A DNA stretch of 63,757 nucleotides, the filler included, from Stramenopiles sp. TOSAG23-3 (taxonomy: Eukaryota), in the NCBI GenBank assembly GCA_900128585.1. It is 44 parts of 44 records of this genome, joined end to end, with 100 filler letters (N's around TTAATTAATTAA, not from the genome) between each part and the next. Parts side by side here need not be neighbours in the genome. Positions count along the whole stretch, not along the records: positions 1 to 1,365 come from LT645965.1; positions 1,466 to 2,829 come from LT645966.1; positions 2,930 to 4,293 come from LT645967.1; positions 4,394 to 5,757 come from LT645968.1; positions 5,858 to 7,220 come from LT645969.1; positions 7,321 to 8,682 come from LT645970.1; positions 8,783 to 10,144 come from LT645971.1; positions 10,245 to 11,606 come from LT645972.1; 36 more parts are not named here. One strand, given 5' to 3'. Every line of letters begins with the position of its first letter. Position 1 is the stretch's first letter. The notes under the pieces are model-generated. The model was not told where the DNA came from. It saw only the letters and a list, made by a program, of their open reading frames with translations, and did no database searches. Positions 1-11,122 of this stretch are shown piece by piece. The position numbers were made by a program, and so were the translations under genes.

Positions 1-315
1 CTCGGGCGTCGTCGGGAAGTAGGTCCACGCAAGGTACCCCAAGAGCGAAATGATAGCCCCGTCGCGAACCACCAGGGCCAGGGAGTGAAGCGTGGAGCGC
101 TGGAAACAGTGCGCTGGGATCGCGTTGCGAAGCTCAGAAACGGTGGGCATTTCAGACGGCGATATCGTCACTAATGTGCGAGCCCCGCCCTTCACCCCAT
201 GCCCCGCTGTGCGAATTTTAGTCGCAGCCTTGTCGTACCCCCTCTTCTGCTCGATCTCACGGCTCGCGGCCCGGCGGCTGCTCCTACTGCGGGTGCGGGA
301 CGTTCGGTTGACCAT
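1..315 (-). CDS. Membrane fatty acid desaturase, delta-12/omega-3 (FAD2/FAD3) family, N-terminal fragment
   Basis: Not in the ORF track. Manual translation from ATG at 315 gives MVNRTSR...MPTVSELRNAIPAHCFQRSTLHSLALVVRDGAII..., the typical 'LRxAIPxHCFxRS...S...V.RD' N-terminal motif. It runs off the window start before the His boxes. Confidence 0.85.
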   Translation of the reverse strand, partial: MVNRTSRTRSRSSRRAASREIEQKRGYDKAATKIRTAGHGVKGGARTLVTISPSEMPTVSELRNAIPAHCFQRSTLHSLALVVRDGAIISLLGYLAWTYFPTTPE

Positions 316-751
316 TGTTATTGTATAAGAAAAGAATTGTTTCGCTCGCTCTCTCTCTCTCTCTTTCTGTGTGTGTACGCGCGTGTAAATGTGATGTGAT
401 CCGTTTCAGAAAACAGTGAACGCAACGCGTCTTTAAACACTTTGCAAGTGGAACCACCATCGACACGTTGCTTTCTTTATTATCGCAATTAACGGAAGAA
501 AGAACGAACGCGAAGGTCGCTTTGCCTTTTCTTTCTTCCTTCCTTCCTTCCTATTCCTATGTTTAATGAAATACAAAAAACAAAATACAAAATCGAGTCG
601 GCGCAAAAGAAAACTTCAATTTCGCATAAATTATTAATATTACAAGTACAATTATTTGTATTCTAATGAATAAAATACACCTATCTATTAATTCGAATGC
701 TATGTACCTACTATACAATTCGATATTTATTCAAACGATGGCAAACTATCC

Positions 752-893
752 TTGATAGGGTATTATTATTCTTTACAATACAAACCAAGTACACATTCAT
801 CCAAACTACGTCATTTGTACGATATCTTTGATAGGGTATTATTATTCTTTACAATACAATACAAGTACACATTCATCCAAACTGCGTCATTTG
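752..893. repeat. Imperfect direct duplication, 76-nt period, 2 copies
   Basis: ttgatagggtattattattctttacaatacaa..caagtacacattcatccaaact.cgtcatttg occurs at 752-817 and 828-893. Confidence 0.9.
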
Positions 894-1177
894 AAGGAGC
901 CTGATGATGTCATCGTTGAATTTAAGAATATCACTGCATTGTATGAAATGTATTTATTTAATGTTAATATATATTGATAGTGTACTATTATGAATGTAAT
1001 TATAGATATTGTTGTGTGTATATATTAATCCTTAAATTATAAACCTCTTCCCTGTGTAATGTTATATAAAAAGAAAGAGGATTAAACCCTAATTTTAACC
1101 TTTAAAAGTGTCAAAAGTGAGATTAGGGTTAGGTTTAGGTTATATGTTAGGTTGGAGGACCTTGTCATTTCGCGGCA

Positions 1178-1365
1178 AAAAAAGAAGAAGAAGAAGATAA
1201 AAGAAAGAAAAGAAGAAGATAAAAGAAAGAAAAGAAGAAGAAAGAGAATCAATAGAAGAAGAAGAAGAAAGAAGAAGAAGAAGAAAGAAGAAGAGGAAGA
1301 AAGAAGAAAAAGAAGAAAGAAGAAAGAAGAAAGAAGAAAGAAGAAAGAAGAAAGAAGAAAGAAGA
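1178..1365. repeat. Degenerate (GAA/GAAA)n microsatellite at contig end
   Basis: Seen directly. Similar tracts occur at 5680-5757, 11995-12143, 21735-21808, 31896-31981 and 37883-38045. Confidence 0.95.
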
Positions 1366-1465
1366 NNNNNNNNNNNNNNNNNNNNNNNNNNNNNNNNNNN
1401 NNNNNNNNNTTAATTAATTAANNNNNNNNNNNNNNNNNNNNNNNNNNNNNNNNNNNNNNNNNNNN
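1366..1465. other. Artificial contig spacer N44-TTAATTAATTAA-N44 (first of 43)
   Basis: An identical 100-nt spacer with stops in all six frames recurs every ~1.44-1.46 kb, and contig lengths decrease monotonically. Confidence 0.99.
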
Positions 1466-2829
1466 ATTGTACAATACAAGTACAATTAAAATTAATAGAA
1501 AATATCAAAAATAATAATAATTCAAAAAACAAATGGAAACAACAACAACAACAAAAATTGTAATAATAAAATATTTCTATTTCATTTCTTCCTAGAGAAA
1601 CTATATATAATATAGACCAACAAGTTCTTCTTCTTACGCTGTTCTCTCGTATATTTAAGAAACTATAACTTTCCTAGAATCTTTTTCGCCTCCAATAAAC
1701 TTTCAATGTTTGAAAAGGTAGGTGGCCGTTTGCTAATAAATGCTCTCCCTGCCTCCATCATGTCGTTTGATTGAAGGGCCATGGAATTCCAAGTCAGGGC
1801 GTACTCCAAACTATCGTCGATGGTATGGTCTCTTGTGAAATTGAGCATCTTTTTTATGCCTAGTGTCGCCGTCGGAGACTTCGTGGAAATTGCGACGGCC
1901 ACTTTCATTGCATCGTTTCTAAGTGCAGTACCATCGGGACAAAGCTTGCTCACCAAACCATGCTGAAAGGCTTCTTGAGCCGTAAACTTTCGTCCTGTCA
2001 GCTGGACCTCTCGGATAAAGCTATCATTGCCAATTATTTTTGGGAAGATTTGATTTCCACCGATGTCCGCTGCAAGACCGAGGTCAACTTCCGGGGCTGA
2101 AAAAATGCAATCGGCGGTACAGTAGCGGACATCAGCAAAACATATCATTTCCAAGGCGGCACCGTAGCAGCCTTTCTGAATCGCGGCAACGACCGGTTTG
2201 TTGCACGTATTGATTGCCTTCCAAGCGCGTTGCCAAGCTCCTCCTTCACGAAAAGTCCGAAGGCCTTTCGCTGCACCGTCCGTGTTCTGCTGCCCAATAG
2301 ACGTTAGTGGGCCGCCTCCGTCCCCCCCACCCAACCCAGACGCCAGGTCAATGCCAGCACTAAATATCTTCCCACTCCCGGTCAAAAGAATGCAGCGACA
2401 TTTTTCTTCCCTTGGCAACAGTTCTGAAAACGCATGCCCTATTTCGTGCCACGCACGTGTATTAATCGCGTTGCGCTTTGCTGGACGGTTTAATCGAACT
2501 TCCACAACATGAGGTTCAACATATTGTACCAAGATATTTTGGTACAAGTCTGAAACTTGCACAGGTTTAAAGGCCATCTTAGTTTAGAAATCTACACAAA
2601 CTAAGAAGAAAACAATCCTAATCTTAAGAACTGAGTTTCGTATTTTTAAGTTAAGTAAAAAAAAAATATTTTTGCGTTATAATAATTATCGTCTTACAAA
2701 AGATTTGTTTCTCTAATCCCTTTTTCTTCTTCTCTTCTTCTTGTTGTTGGTGTTGTTTCCATTTGTTTTTTGAATTATTATTATTTTTGATATTTTCTAT
2801 TAATTTTAATTGTACTTGTATTGTACAAT
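1466..2829. repeat. Terminal inverted repeat, 79 nt exact (1466-1544 / 2751-2829); probable chimera or assembly signature
   Basis: The contig start is the reverse complement of the contig end. Confidence 0.9.
1663..2577 (-). CDS. ECH1: Crotonase-family delta3,5-delta2,4-dienoyl-CoA isomerase-like protein, probably peroxisomal
   Basis: LNRPAKRNA, FSAGIDL, KPVVAAIQKGCYG and EVDLGLAADIG motifs; C-terminal -GKL resembles a PTS1 variant; complete 304 aa. Confidence 0.85.
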   Translation of the reverse strand: MAFKPVQVSDLYQNILVQYVEPHVVEVRLNRPAKRNAINTRAWHEIGHAFSELLPREEKCRCILLTGSGKIFSAGIDLASGLGGGDGGGPLTSIGQQNTDGAAKGLRTFREGGAWQRAWKAINTCNKPVVAAIQKGCYGAALEMICFADVRYCTADCIFSAPEVDLGLAADIGGNQIFPKIIGNDSFIREVQLTGRKFTAQEAFQHGLVSKLCPDGTALRNDAMKVAVAISTKSPTATLGIKKMLNFTRDHTIDDSLEYALTWNSMALQSNDMMEAGRAFISKRPPTFSNIESLLEAKKILGKL

Positions 2830-2929
2830 NNNNNNNNNNNNNNNNNNNNNNNNNNNNNNNNNNNNNNNNNNNNTTAATTAATTAANNNNNNNNNNNNNNN
2901 NNNNNNNNNNNNNNNNNNNNNNNNNNNNN

Positions 2930-3034
2930 AATGGACAAGTCGAATTCACCAAAATGTAGAGAAATAATAGCGATAGTCCGCAACGCTATCGTTGTGCTAA
3001 AAAGCAGGCAGCGGACAATTAGCCCCGACTCCAT
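2930..3034 (-). CDS. N-terminal fragment of a membrane protein, possibly PIG-V-like
   Basis: MESGLIVRCLLFSTTIALRTIAIISLHFGEFDLS runs into the spacer; the family resemblance is weak. Confidence 0.25.
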
Positions 3035-3716
3035 TCTTGAGATAGCAAAGCAATTCAAAGGCAAGACGGCGAAAGGTGCGGGGGTCGATCACACATTTTG
3101 CGTTTCGTAGGGAGAGACGAAGCGGCAGCAAAGGGGCTGCAGTTCAAAAAGAGTACGTGCTCACGCTGCAAAAGGGCTCGGTCGTTATCGTGCGCGCGAA
3201 AGCAAAGAGAGGGAAATGTAAAAAATAAACACATTAAATAGTATGCCTTTAAGACGCTGACTTAATATCAGCCATTGATTCTTTGAAATCTAAGATTGAT
3301 TCCCTAGAGTGTATAATTTAATTTTTTTTCTTTCACAGAGAGGTGATCTGTAATTGCAATTTCAACAAATCGATTCTTCTCCCAGTCAAAGTCCCTGAAA
3401 GTTTCGCCCCTCTTTGGAGACTACTGCGAAATTTAATAATCCCAGTTTTGGGTTATTGGAATTACCGTTTTAACTCCACATATATTAGCAAGTTCGTGCA
3501 TCGTCTCGCCGTTCGTTTTTATAAATAACATATTTGTTTTGCAGACGAGTACTTCGTACGAACAATTGTTTATTTTTGTTTTCATATTTTTTTTTCACCG
3601 TATCAATTATTAGCCTCTATAATTTGTTTTCAATTATTAGCCCGTTTGTAGACCACACCCGTTGTTTGTTTCTCCCACTCTATTCTGTTTCGCGCTCGCG
3701 TCTCAGCCTGCAAGTT

Positions 3717-4151
3717 TCACGCCATCTGTTGGTCTACCATCACGTTCGGGCTGACATTTTCGCACGCAGTGTTGCCCTTGCGCAGCCTGCTTCGGCGTTT
3801 GTCCATTAACGACTTTCTCTCTGTGCCAGACGCCTTCAAAATAGAAACTTTCGAGGGCAAAGTCCGCAACGAGGGCGACGGCACGTCACTCCCGCCCGTG
3901 CTTGGCGTTGGCATCAGCGTCTCCACAACAATCTCCGTGGGGGTTGTTCGGAAGTGCTGCTTTCCCCTTTTTAAACGGTTTATTTGAGGAGTTTCCGGCT
4001 TTAAGCGCCCATACTTTGCGAACGAAGAAGACGGGTACAAGACTTTCATCCCACGCTTCATTAACTCGCCGACATAATTCAACCAGAGTGGCTTAAAAAA
4101 ACCTGCTAAAAAGAACAACCCGATTAACACCAGCCATACAAACATTTTCAC
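3717..4151 (-). CDS. Hypothetical protein with N-terminal hydrophobic segment (possibly a last exon)
   Basis: 144-aa ORF with coding-like GC inside AT-rich flanks. Confidence 0.4.
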   Translation of the reverse strand: MKMFVWLVLIGLFFLAGFFKPLWLNYVGELMKRGMKVLYPSSSFAKYGRLKPETPQINRLKRGKQHFRTTPTEIVVETLMPTPSTGGSDVPSPSLRTLPSKVSILKASGTERKSLMDKRRSRLRKGNTACENVSPNVMVDQQMA

Positions 4152-4394
4152 CCACTGCTACGTTACAAAAGAAAAAATTAGTTGACACAGTAAACAGATC
4201 CATTGGAAAATGTTGCTCGGTTTGGAATCACTTTCTGAGAAGTCTTAAACGAGTGTTTTATATACAAAGAATTGGCGGGTAAAGCACAAAGGANNNNNNN
4301 NNNNNNNNNNNNNNNNNNNNNNNNNNNNNNNNNNNNNTTAATTAATTAANNNNNNNNNNNNNNNNNNNNNNNNNNNNNNNNNNNNNNNNNNNNC

Positions 4395-4778
4395 GTTGGC
4401 GACGCAATTTGCGATTCTCTCTTCGTAGAGGCATTGCTCATCTTAGACAACCAAGACGTTGTTTCCTGGGACGCTTTGTATTCGGATTTACCAAGTCGCC
4501 AAACTAAGGTCCGCGTGGCCGACCGAACCGTGCTGCGCACGATTCCGGACGAAACGCGCTTGGTTGTTCCGGTATCATTGCAGGAACGGATTGACGCCGC
4601 GGTGAAAACGGTCAGCCTGGGCCGGGCGTTTGCACGGCCATCTGGGACGGAAGATGTTTGCCGTGTGTACGCAGAAGCCGCCACCCAAGAGGAAGCCGAC
4701 AAACTGGCAGCAGCCGTGGCGTGCGCCATTTACGAAGAGGCCGCAGGTGTTGGGGAAAGGCCCGCGTCCTGGTGGTGA
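4395..4778 (+). CDS. PGM3: Phosphoacetylglucosamine mutase, C-terminal fragment
   Basis: VGDAICDSLFVEALL, YSDLPSRQTKV and GRAFARPSGTEDVCRVYAEA. Confidence 0.93.
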   Translation, partial: VGDAICDSLFVEALLILDNQDVVSWDALYSDLPSRQTKVRVADRTVLRTIPDETRLVVPVSLQERIDAAVKTVSLGRAFARPSGTEDVCRVYAEAATQEEADKLAAAVACAIYEEAAGVGERPASWW

Positions 4779-4988
4779 ACTACAACGCAAAAGCATGCCT
4801 GAGCAGTTAGTAGGTTGCAGGGAAGAAACCTCGGGCCTTCGCTTGATCATTGGTTTTGTACGCAAACATGTTGCTTTAATGTGGCAGAACATGGGTTATT
4901 ACTTTACAAAGTAGTTGAATTGAATTTTAAGATTGTAACTTTACGCTGACCCCCACACGCACCGCCACCCTCGCCACCTCTTCTACTC

Positions 4989-5549
4989 TTAATATTTAAC
5001 CGAAGAGTTGAGGATATTGCGGACCTTCGATATGTTCGCGTTTACCTCTGTCTGTACATTGTCCAGGTTCTGTATGTTGTTCCGACAGACCCTGGAATCC
5101 TTTCGGTTCTTCGCCAGCTTTGCTTTCGAGAGATTAATTTCCCTCAAGAGCTGTTTCCCGGCCGTCTCTAAGCGTATCCCTTTATTGTACATTGCTTCGT
5201 AGTGTACTTGCACCCCTTCCCTCTCTTGCTTTTCCCGGGTAGCACCTGCGTACGAACTTTTTGACTTCTTTTGAAGCACACCAAGACTGGCCTTTGCTTT
5301 TCGCAATAGGTCTTGCTCTAGCGTTGAGCTCTTCCTCCACACAAGGTAGTTCTGCTTCAAGTCATCTTGGTGCTCCCCTAATTGTTTCCAAGTATACGAT
5401 TTTGCGGCATGTTTGCGTTTTTCCGATCTCAAACGACGAAGGGCTTTCGCTTCGAGCTTCCGCTCGTGCAGCAACTCCGCCCGAAGCACGGTGAGCCTCC
5501 TTACGAAACTATCAAGATCCGCTTGCATTTGGAGCCGACTTATGTACAA
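4989..5549 (-). CDS. Hypothetical coiled-coil protein
   Basis: 186-aa ORF rich in heptad and charged residues. Confidence 0.55.
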   Translation of the reverse strand: MYISRLQMQADLDSFVRRLTVLRAELLHERKLEAKALRRLRSEKRKHAAKSYTWKQLGEHQDDLKQNYLVWRKSSTLEQDLLRKAKASLGVLQKKSKSSYAGATREKQEREGVQVHYEAMYNKGIRLETAGKQLLREINLSKAKLAKNRKDSRVCRNNIQNLDNVQTEVNANISKVRNILNSSVKY

Positions 5550-6114
5550 AGAAAAAACAGAGACTATTTGTCTTCTATCTGTTAAAGTTTAAAGTCTCTC
5601 GAACGACAACAAGGAGGCAGGAATATGTTTATTTCATAAATCTGCACTCGGAAGTAATAATGGTATATTTAAATTTTAATCTTCTTCTTCTTCTTCTTCT
5701 TCTTCTTCTTCTTCTTCTTCTTCTTCTTCTTCTTCTTCTTCTTCTTCTTCTTCTTCTNNNNNNNNNNNNNNNNNNNNNNNNNNNNNNNNNNNNNNNNNNN
5801 NTTAATTAATTAANNNNNNNNNNNNNNNNNNNNNNNNNNNNNNNNNNNNNNNNNNNNACGAGGAAGATAGTGTAGACAAAACGCAGCAAGTTATGATACA
5901 AGAAGGAAGTTTGTGGACAAAAACAAATTTACATTTGCAGGGTAGGGATGAATTGGAAATTTCAGGAGTTGGTTAGTCACAACTTTTTAATAACGCCGTT
6001 GGATTAATATCTCTCTAACTAACAGCGTACATAAAGCATACTATATAATATGTTTTTTTACATTTAAAAATAACTGAAATTATTTATTTTTTTTCCTGCT
6101 GATTTTTCTGCTTC

Positions 6115-6621
6115 TTACACAACTCTGTCTCCGTACTTGTTCGTCTTGAAGGAACGGACCGCTCGTTGCCCAGCCCCACTCTCCTTTGCACCCAGCTTCA
6201 TCTGCAAGTCCTTCTCTATTATTTTGTCTTCCTCCGTGTATTTACCCCCCTCAATGCCTTTTTTAACCCGTTGGTAACGGCTGTACGTCGGATCAGCGCC
6301 CTTCTCAAACAGACCATGCAAACGGTACGAGTTGTTCTTTCCCGCAACCGTGGAGGCTACGATCATTCCAATAGTTCCCAAGCTCAACACCAACCCGGTT
6401 CGATGCCTCGGCTCCAGCTTTACACCCTTCAAGATATTTCGAGCCTCTAGCTGTTTCAACACTGGCCATGCAACCAAACCACCAACTAACCCTGCAAACA
6501 ATCCCCGCACACCACCTTCCCATAACACCCTGCGCGTTTCGTGCAAAACTTCCACGTCTTTCTCGTCCAGCTGCACGTTGGATTCAGGTGCGTCCCAAGG
6601 GCGTATGGGGGAAGTTGCCAT
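6115..6621 (-). CDS. Small two-TM membrane protein
   Basis: Complete 168-aa ORF with two Gly-rich hydrophobic helices. Confidence 0.7.
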   Translation of the reverse strand: MATSPIRPWDAPESNVQLDEKDVEVLHETRRVLWEGGVRGLFAGLVGGLVAWPVLKQLEARNILKGVKLEPRHRTGLVLSLGTIGMIVASTVAGKNNSYRLHGLFEKGADPTYSRYQRVKKGIEGGKYTEEDKIIEKDLQMKLGAKESGAGQRAVRSFKTNKYGDRVV

Positions 6622-7322
6622 CCCGTCGTCTCCGCTATGCCCGAGTGTAGATATCGCACAGGAACGTCAATTCTTTTTTATATATGTATGTCTCCTCTTA
6701 ACCATCCCTTACAACCACAACACTGAGTAATTGCGAGCAATAAACGATGGATATGAAATGTAGACAACCATTTACATATATATATATGTACATATAGTTT
6801 CAAGTTGAATTACAATCTTCTCAAACAAAAATAATAATAATAATACTAACAGTATTAATAATACTCAAATAAATTCACTCCATAAAATTGTCGATACATC
6901 CAATGGTGTCCTGAGCTACGACTTAATTATCATGGACGAAACTTTTTCTGGCAAGACGACTCATTTGGTAGTCTGTTGTAATAATATATAGGGATTTTCC
7001 TCTACGTGAACAACTGTGGGATAAGGACACCAAAAACAACGACACACAGAATAACCAGAATAACCATACTAATTATCCTTTTACGGAAGTAGTATAGGGT
7101 TAGTAGTAAATCATACTGAATATTTGTGCTTTTCGGTAGTAAACGAAGGGGGCTAGGGTCCACGATTGGATTTCTACGGAGGTCGAGCGTCTTGAGATTA
7201 ACGAGCGTTGCCAGTGGTGCNNNNNNNNNNNNNNNNNNNNNNNNNNNNNNNNNNNNNNNNNNNNTTAATTAATTAANNNNNNNNNNNNNNNNNNNNNNNN
7301 NNNNNNNNNNNNNNNNNNNNGC

Positions 7323-7619
7323 GAAACTGGCTCTGATAGACCGAAGTATGTCAGCGCAAACACAAGCGGTGGCACCGGGGGCAGTGGCGATTTCGGAAAA
7401 GACGATGACGTAGAGGCCGATGAGCACACATCTTTGCTGGCGTACGACGACGACGATCGGGAAGACTTTGAGGCTGTCTCTGGATTCAACATGCCAAGTG
7501 CATCGGGTGTCACGGGCCTCGTTGTGTCTGCGAGTACCCCCGCCCGGTCGGCTCGGATACCCCGCGTTGATGTGCCCCGGCATGATCTTCCTGGTCCGTC
7601 CGATGGCGGTCTAAATTAG
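7323..7619 (+). CDS. Hypothetical protein, low-complexity C-terminal fragment
   Basis: Open frame from the contig edge to TAG, followed by an AT-rich flank. Confidence 0.45.
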   Translation, partial: ETGSDRPKYVSANTSGGTGGSGDFGKDDDVEADEHTSLLAYDDDDREDFEAVSGFNMPSASGVTGLVVSASTPARSARIPRVDVPRHDLPGPSDGGLN

Positions 7620-7787
7620 CTGAAATGGCAATCGAAGAGTGGGGTTATAATTTTTTATTACATGCTGTAAATGTTATTAACTCGTTTTCATTTCTTTTAA
7701 TAATTGTATAAGGGGTATTAAATTGAGAGTAACGAGGTAAAATAAGACCTCTCGTGTGTTACATTGGAGAGAGAAAAATATAAGCTT

Positions 7788-8618
7788 TCATCGGAACCTG
7801 GCGTCCAAATAGTTTCTTTGAAATTCAATAATGAACGGGGAACACTTACTCCACAGCGGCAACAACTTTCTTCTGTCTTCCAGTGTGCCGCTGCTGGCCG
7901 TTTTACCCCCATCTAACAAGAGTTTGTGGTTGACAGAGGATGAAAAATACCACATCGCAGACTTCAAATTACCGGGTGTATCGCTATTAATTGGTTCCTT
8001 TACTTTTTTTGCATACGCGGAGACTGCAGTATCGATAATCTTTGGAATGCAATGAAAGTCTACGCCGGCCAAGGGGATGTCTTTCTTTCCAAGGTTGCGA
8101 AAATCGCTGAATGCCAGAGGTGTCAAAGGCACATGCACCGACTGTACCAAGGACATCCACTGGTTGCCGTCCGAACATGTTTGGCTGAGCCCCTTGCCTA
8201 TTGCCGGCGGTATAGGATCATGATCGCTTCCACGAAACCGTCTGTGCCAGAGAAACGCGTATTTTATCAACATCGAAACATCACCTCGCATTCCGCCAAA
8301 ACGAGCGCGACATAGAATTGCCCGGCATAAAACTCCCTTCTGTCCCGACAAATCGTCGCAACCTTTGGTGCCAAAGGCGTTGATCTTCAGCGCATCTTCG
8401 TCGGAAAACTCCGGGAGCGGATCTCGGTATTTACACAATGCAATCTGCTTTACTATATTTACAAGGTAATGGGCGTCTTTGTTTGAAGGGGTGTATCCTT
8501 TGGATTCGGCAACCATAAACCAAACTACAACGGCGAACTGAGGGTTAAGAACAGAGTCTTCTAAAATAATTACAGGCAATCTTCGAATAAAATCGGTAAA
8601 CGACTTCTTGCTATTCAA
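7788..8618 (-). CDS. Conserved-looking uncharacterised eukaryotic protein, C-terminal part
   Basis: Motif-like blocks FIRRLPVIILED, VWFMVAESKG, GGMRGD, AGVDFHC and MWYFSSSVN. There is no true ATG start; a possible intron acceptor lies near 8611. Confidence 0.7.
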   Translation of the reverse strand: MNSKKSFTDFIRRLPVIILEDSVLNPQFAVVVWFMVAESKGYTPSNKDAHYLVNIVKQIALCKYRDPLPEFSDEDALKINAFGTKGCDDLSGQKGVLCRAILCRARFGGMRGDVSMLIKYAFLWHRRFRGSDHDPIPPAIGKGLSQTCSDGNQWMSLVQSVHVPLTPLAFSDFRNLGKKDIPLAGVDFHCIPKIIDTAVSAYAKKVKEPINSDTPGNLKSAMWYFSSSVNHKLLLDGGKTASSGTLEDRRKLLPLWSKCSPFIIEFQRNYLDARFR

Positions 8619-8782
8619 TGTATTTAAAGAAAGAAAGAAATTAATATCAACAAAAAAAATAAAAAAATGATATTTTTCTTTCNNNNNNNNNNNNNNNNNN
8701 NNNNNNNNNNNNNNNNNNNNNNNNNNTTAATTAATTAANNNNNNNNNNNNNNNNNNNNNNNNNNNNNNNNNNNNNNNNNNNN

Positions 8783-10089
8783 ACTAAACGAATAATAGCT
8801 GTCGCGACTGCTTCGTTCGTCTTATATAGCACTGCCAAAGGCTGTATGGATGATCGTATTGCCGAACGTTTTTCCTTTTTACCTTTATCCGGATATTCGG
8901 GGCTGTATATAGCCAATATTGATCGCAAGTATCGCCCATCAATTTTGACTAAAGAAATGGCATCGTCAATATCGCTCCCATGCATGTAATCTTGATTAAC
9001 AATTGCAAGCAATGCAGACATAGAATCGTGAGGCAAACCACATTGATTACATAGTTTATTCAAAGCAGATGAAGACATAAACTGATCAAACGTTTGGTTT
9101 AACGTCACAGAAGAAGCAATAAATGCCAAACCTTCTGCAATATTGGCATCAAAATTTACAGTCTCAGCAACATCTTCGATACAATCAACTTTCCCCGTTG
9201 CCAAAGATATAAATCCTCGTGCAATGTTTTCATCTGGAGTTTTGCGTAACTTCTTCTGGCCCACTAAAGCAATTAGATTTTCTTTGACTTCATCCTGATT
9301 GTTCAGCGCAACATTCAACACCAAATCAAGAAACAGTTTTGGTATATTCATCCGCGCTGATAGTACACCACTTGCAGTCCATTTGTTTTTAGCACAGAAT
9401 ATTTCGTCACTATCGTCTGCAATTTCCAGTTGTCCCGTGAACTTTGACGCAAAGGCGACGAAAGATGCAGCCACGTGATTGTTTTTAAAGTCCGGGGTGT
9501 CACTTTCAACAAGTTCAACCTGCTTTAAATTTGCAGCACCTTGTTTCAGCTGCAAGTACGTGCGGTAAAGGCGCAGAAGACGTGGGAGTCGGGCGAAACG
9601 AAAAAACTTGTTTGCTCTCCAAACTACATTCTTGACAAAAAAGTATATCAACGAAAAGGGAATTGAGGCAATTAAATCAAGGAAAAAATTGCCTTTAAAA
9701 TAGTGCAAGGCAATTTTACTATGCGATTCCTCGAAATCTCCATCTGGCTTCATATACGTGGTGAGAAAAGATATAATGATGTCAACAAGAAATACACCAT
9801 CTACCGCTGCATCAAAGTAAAGAACAGACATATCCTCATCGATATTTTGGGTAACAATGAAAATACTTGTGGAAATAATGGAGTAAATTGTACACACTCC
9901 AACAAACAAATTCCACAAAATAACTTTTTCTGAGAAAGGATGGAAAACTAATGTAATTCCAGAACACACAAGTTTACTGCATCCATGACTTTGTTCGTGG
10001 TTGTGATCTTCCATGAATTCGGCCATGAAGTTAGCAGTCCCCGTAACCGTTGCCCTATCCGAACAGTTACCAAACAAATCCAATGCCAT
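8783..10089 (-). CDS. KCNH/CNG-like S1-S4 voltage-sensor domain followed by an unknown helical region (partial)
   Basis: FHPFS..W, VDGVFLVDIIISFLTTY, IALHYFKGNFFLDLIASIPF and the S4 segment KFFRFARLPRLLRLYR; no pore loop in the following ~255 aa. Confidence 0.75.
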
Positions 10090-11122
10090 GGAGAGATGCC
10101 TGGGGGGATGGTCCTGCTTGGGGACGGTCCATGCTTTCTCAAAANNNNNNNNNNNNNNNNNNNNNNNNNNNNNNNNNNNNNNNNNNNNTTAATTAATTAA
10201 NNNNNNNNNNNNNNNNNNNNNNNNNNNNNNNNNNNNNNNNNNNNCACGCTAACAACTATTGACACAAACTCCGGGTTTTGCTCGTTGCGGTGGGACGATA
10301 ATGGACACACGACGTCGGAAGTCCCGATCTGGATGTTAAGGGAAAGAGTTGAAACAGGTGAAGGTGAGAGTGAGAAGGCAGATCCCGAATAGAGACACAA
10401 AGTATTTTTCCAATCAATACTTTGTGTACAGATGATGAACCAGTTGCGTGTTTTTTCATCTTCAAGGTATTGTGCTGGGAATAGTTTTGTTGTTGGCGTA
10501 GTAGTAAACAAAAAACACGAACAGTATTTATTAAAATACTGAATTAGTTTTTATTTTTAAAGATTTTATATGACAGTATAATTTTTGTTTTTAAAAAAGT
10601 ATTTTTTTCATTCGAAGTAGAAGAAGAACGAATCCCCCCGGCCCGATGCCTTGCTGTGTTGATCTTGTTGTTAGATTTCAGTCGAGATACTTGGTAGGAT
10701 TTACTAGTTATTTATTACATTATTATGGCATCATCATCATTGCTGCCTAAATAAGAGATTGTTGTACCGTCGTAGCCCCTTCTCTTATTTTCTCTCTTCT
10801 TCTTTCTTCAGACTTCTTCTTCTTTTTTTCTTCTTCTTTCTTTCTTCTTCTTCTCTTTTTTTTTTTTCTATAATAATAATAAACCAAAAAATAATTTAAC
10901 TTTTCTTATGAACGAGACGAACAAAATTTTAGGAAAGTATAGTGTGTATTGCCTTACACGACGTGCGTCCATTCTTTCGGAGTAGGCTCGTGTACGATTA
11001 GTTAGTAAAGTGAAACAAGCAGTTTAGCCTTAGGTGAGCAGAACCGTTGTCAAGTCGCGAAAGATCGACGGTGGTACGTTCCAACGTCTCTGGCCGCATT
11101 TTGGCAGAGTTGTACAGGGTAC

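Noticed and set aside
1152-1421. Lys/Arg/Glu-rich ORFs here and at 11834-12195 and 21643-21864
   Set aside because: Translations of GAA/CTTT microsatellites.
1466-2829. TIR-flanked ECH1 as a cargo transposon or gene-sized nanochromosome
   Set aside because: No transposase, TSD or telomere. The same 79-nt length with unrelated sequences on other contigs points to assembly.
6884-6991. Short frame YDLIIMDETFSGKTTHL resembling Walker or receiver motifs
   Set aside because: About 35 codons, no start, and the motifs are in the wrong order for an NTPase.
9985-10144. LFVVVIFHEFGH, an HExxH site-2-protease-like motif on the + strand
   Set aside because: Too short and the downstream sequence does not continue as an M50 peptidase. 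It could be chance or a chimeric sliver.
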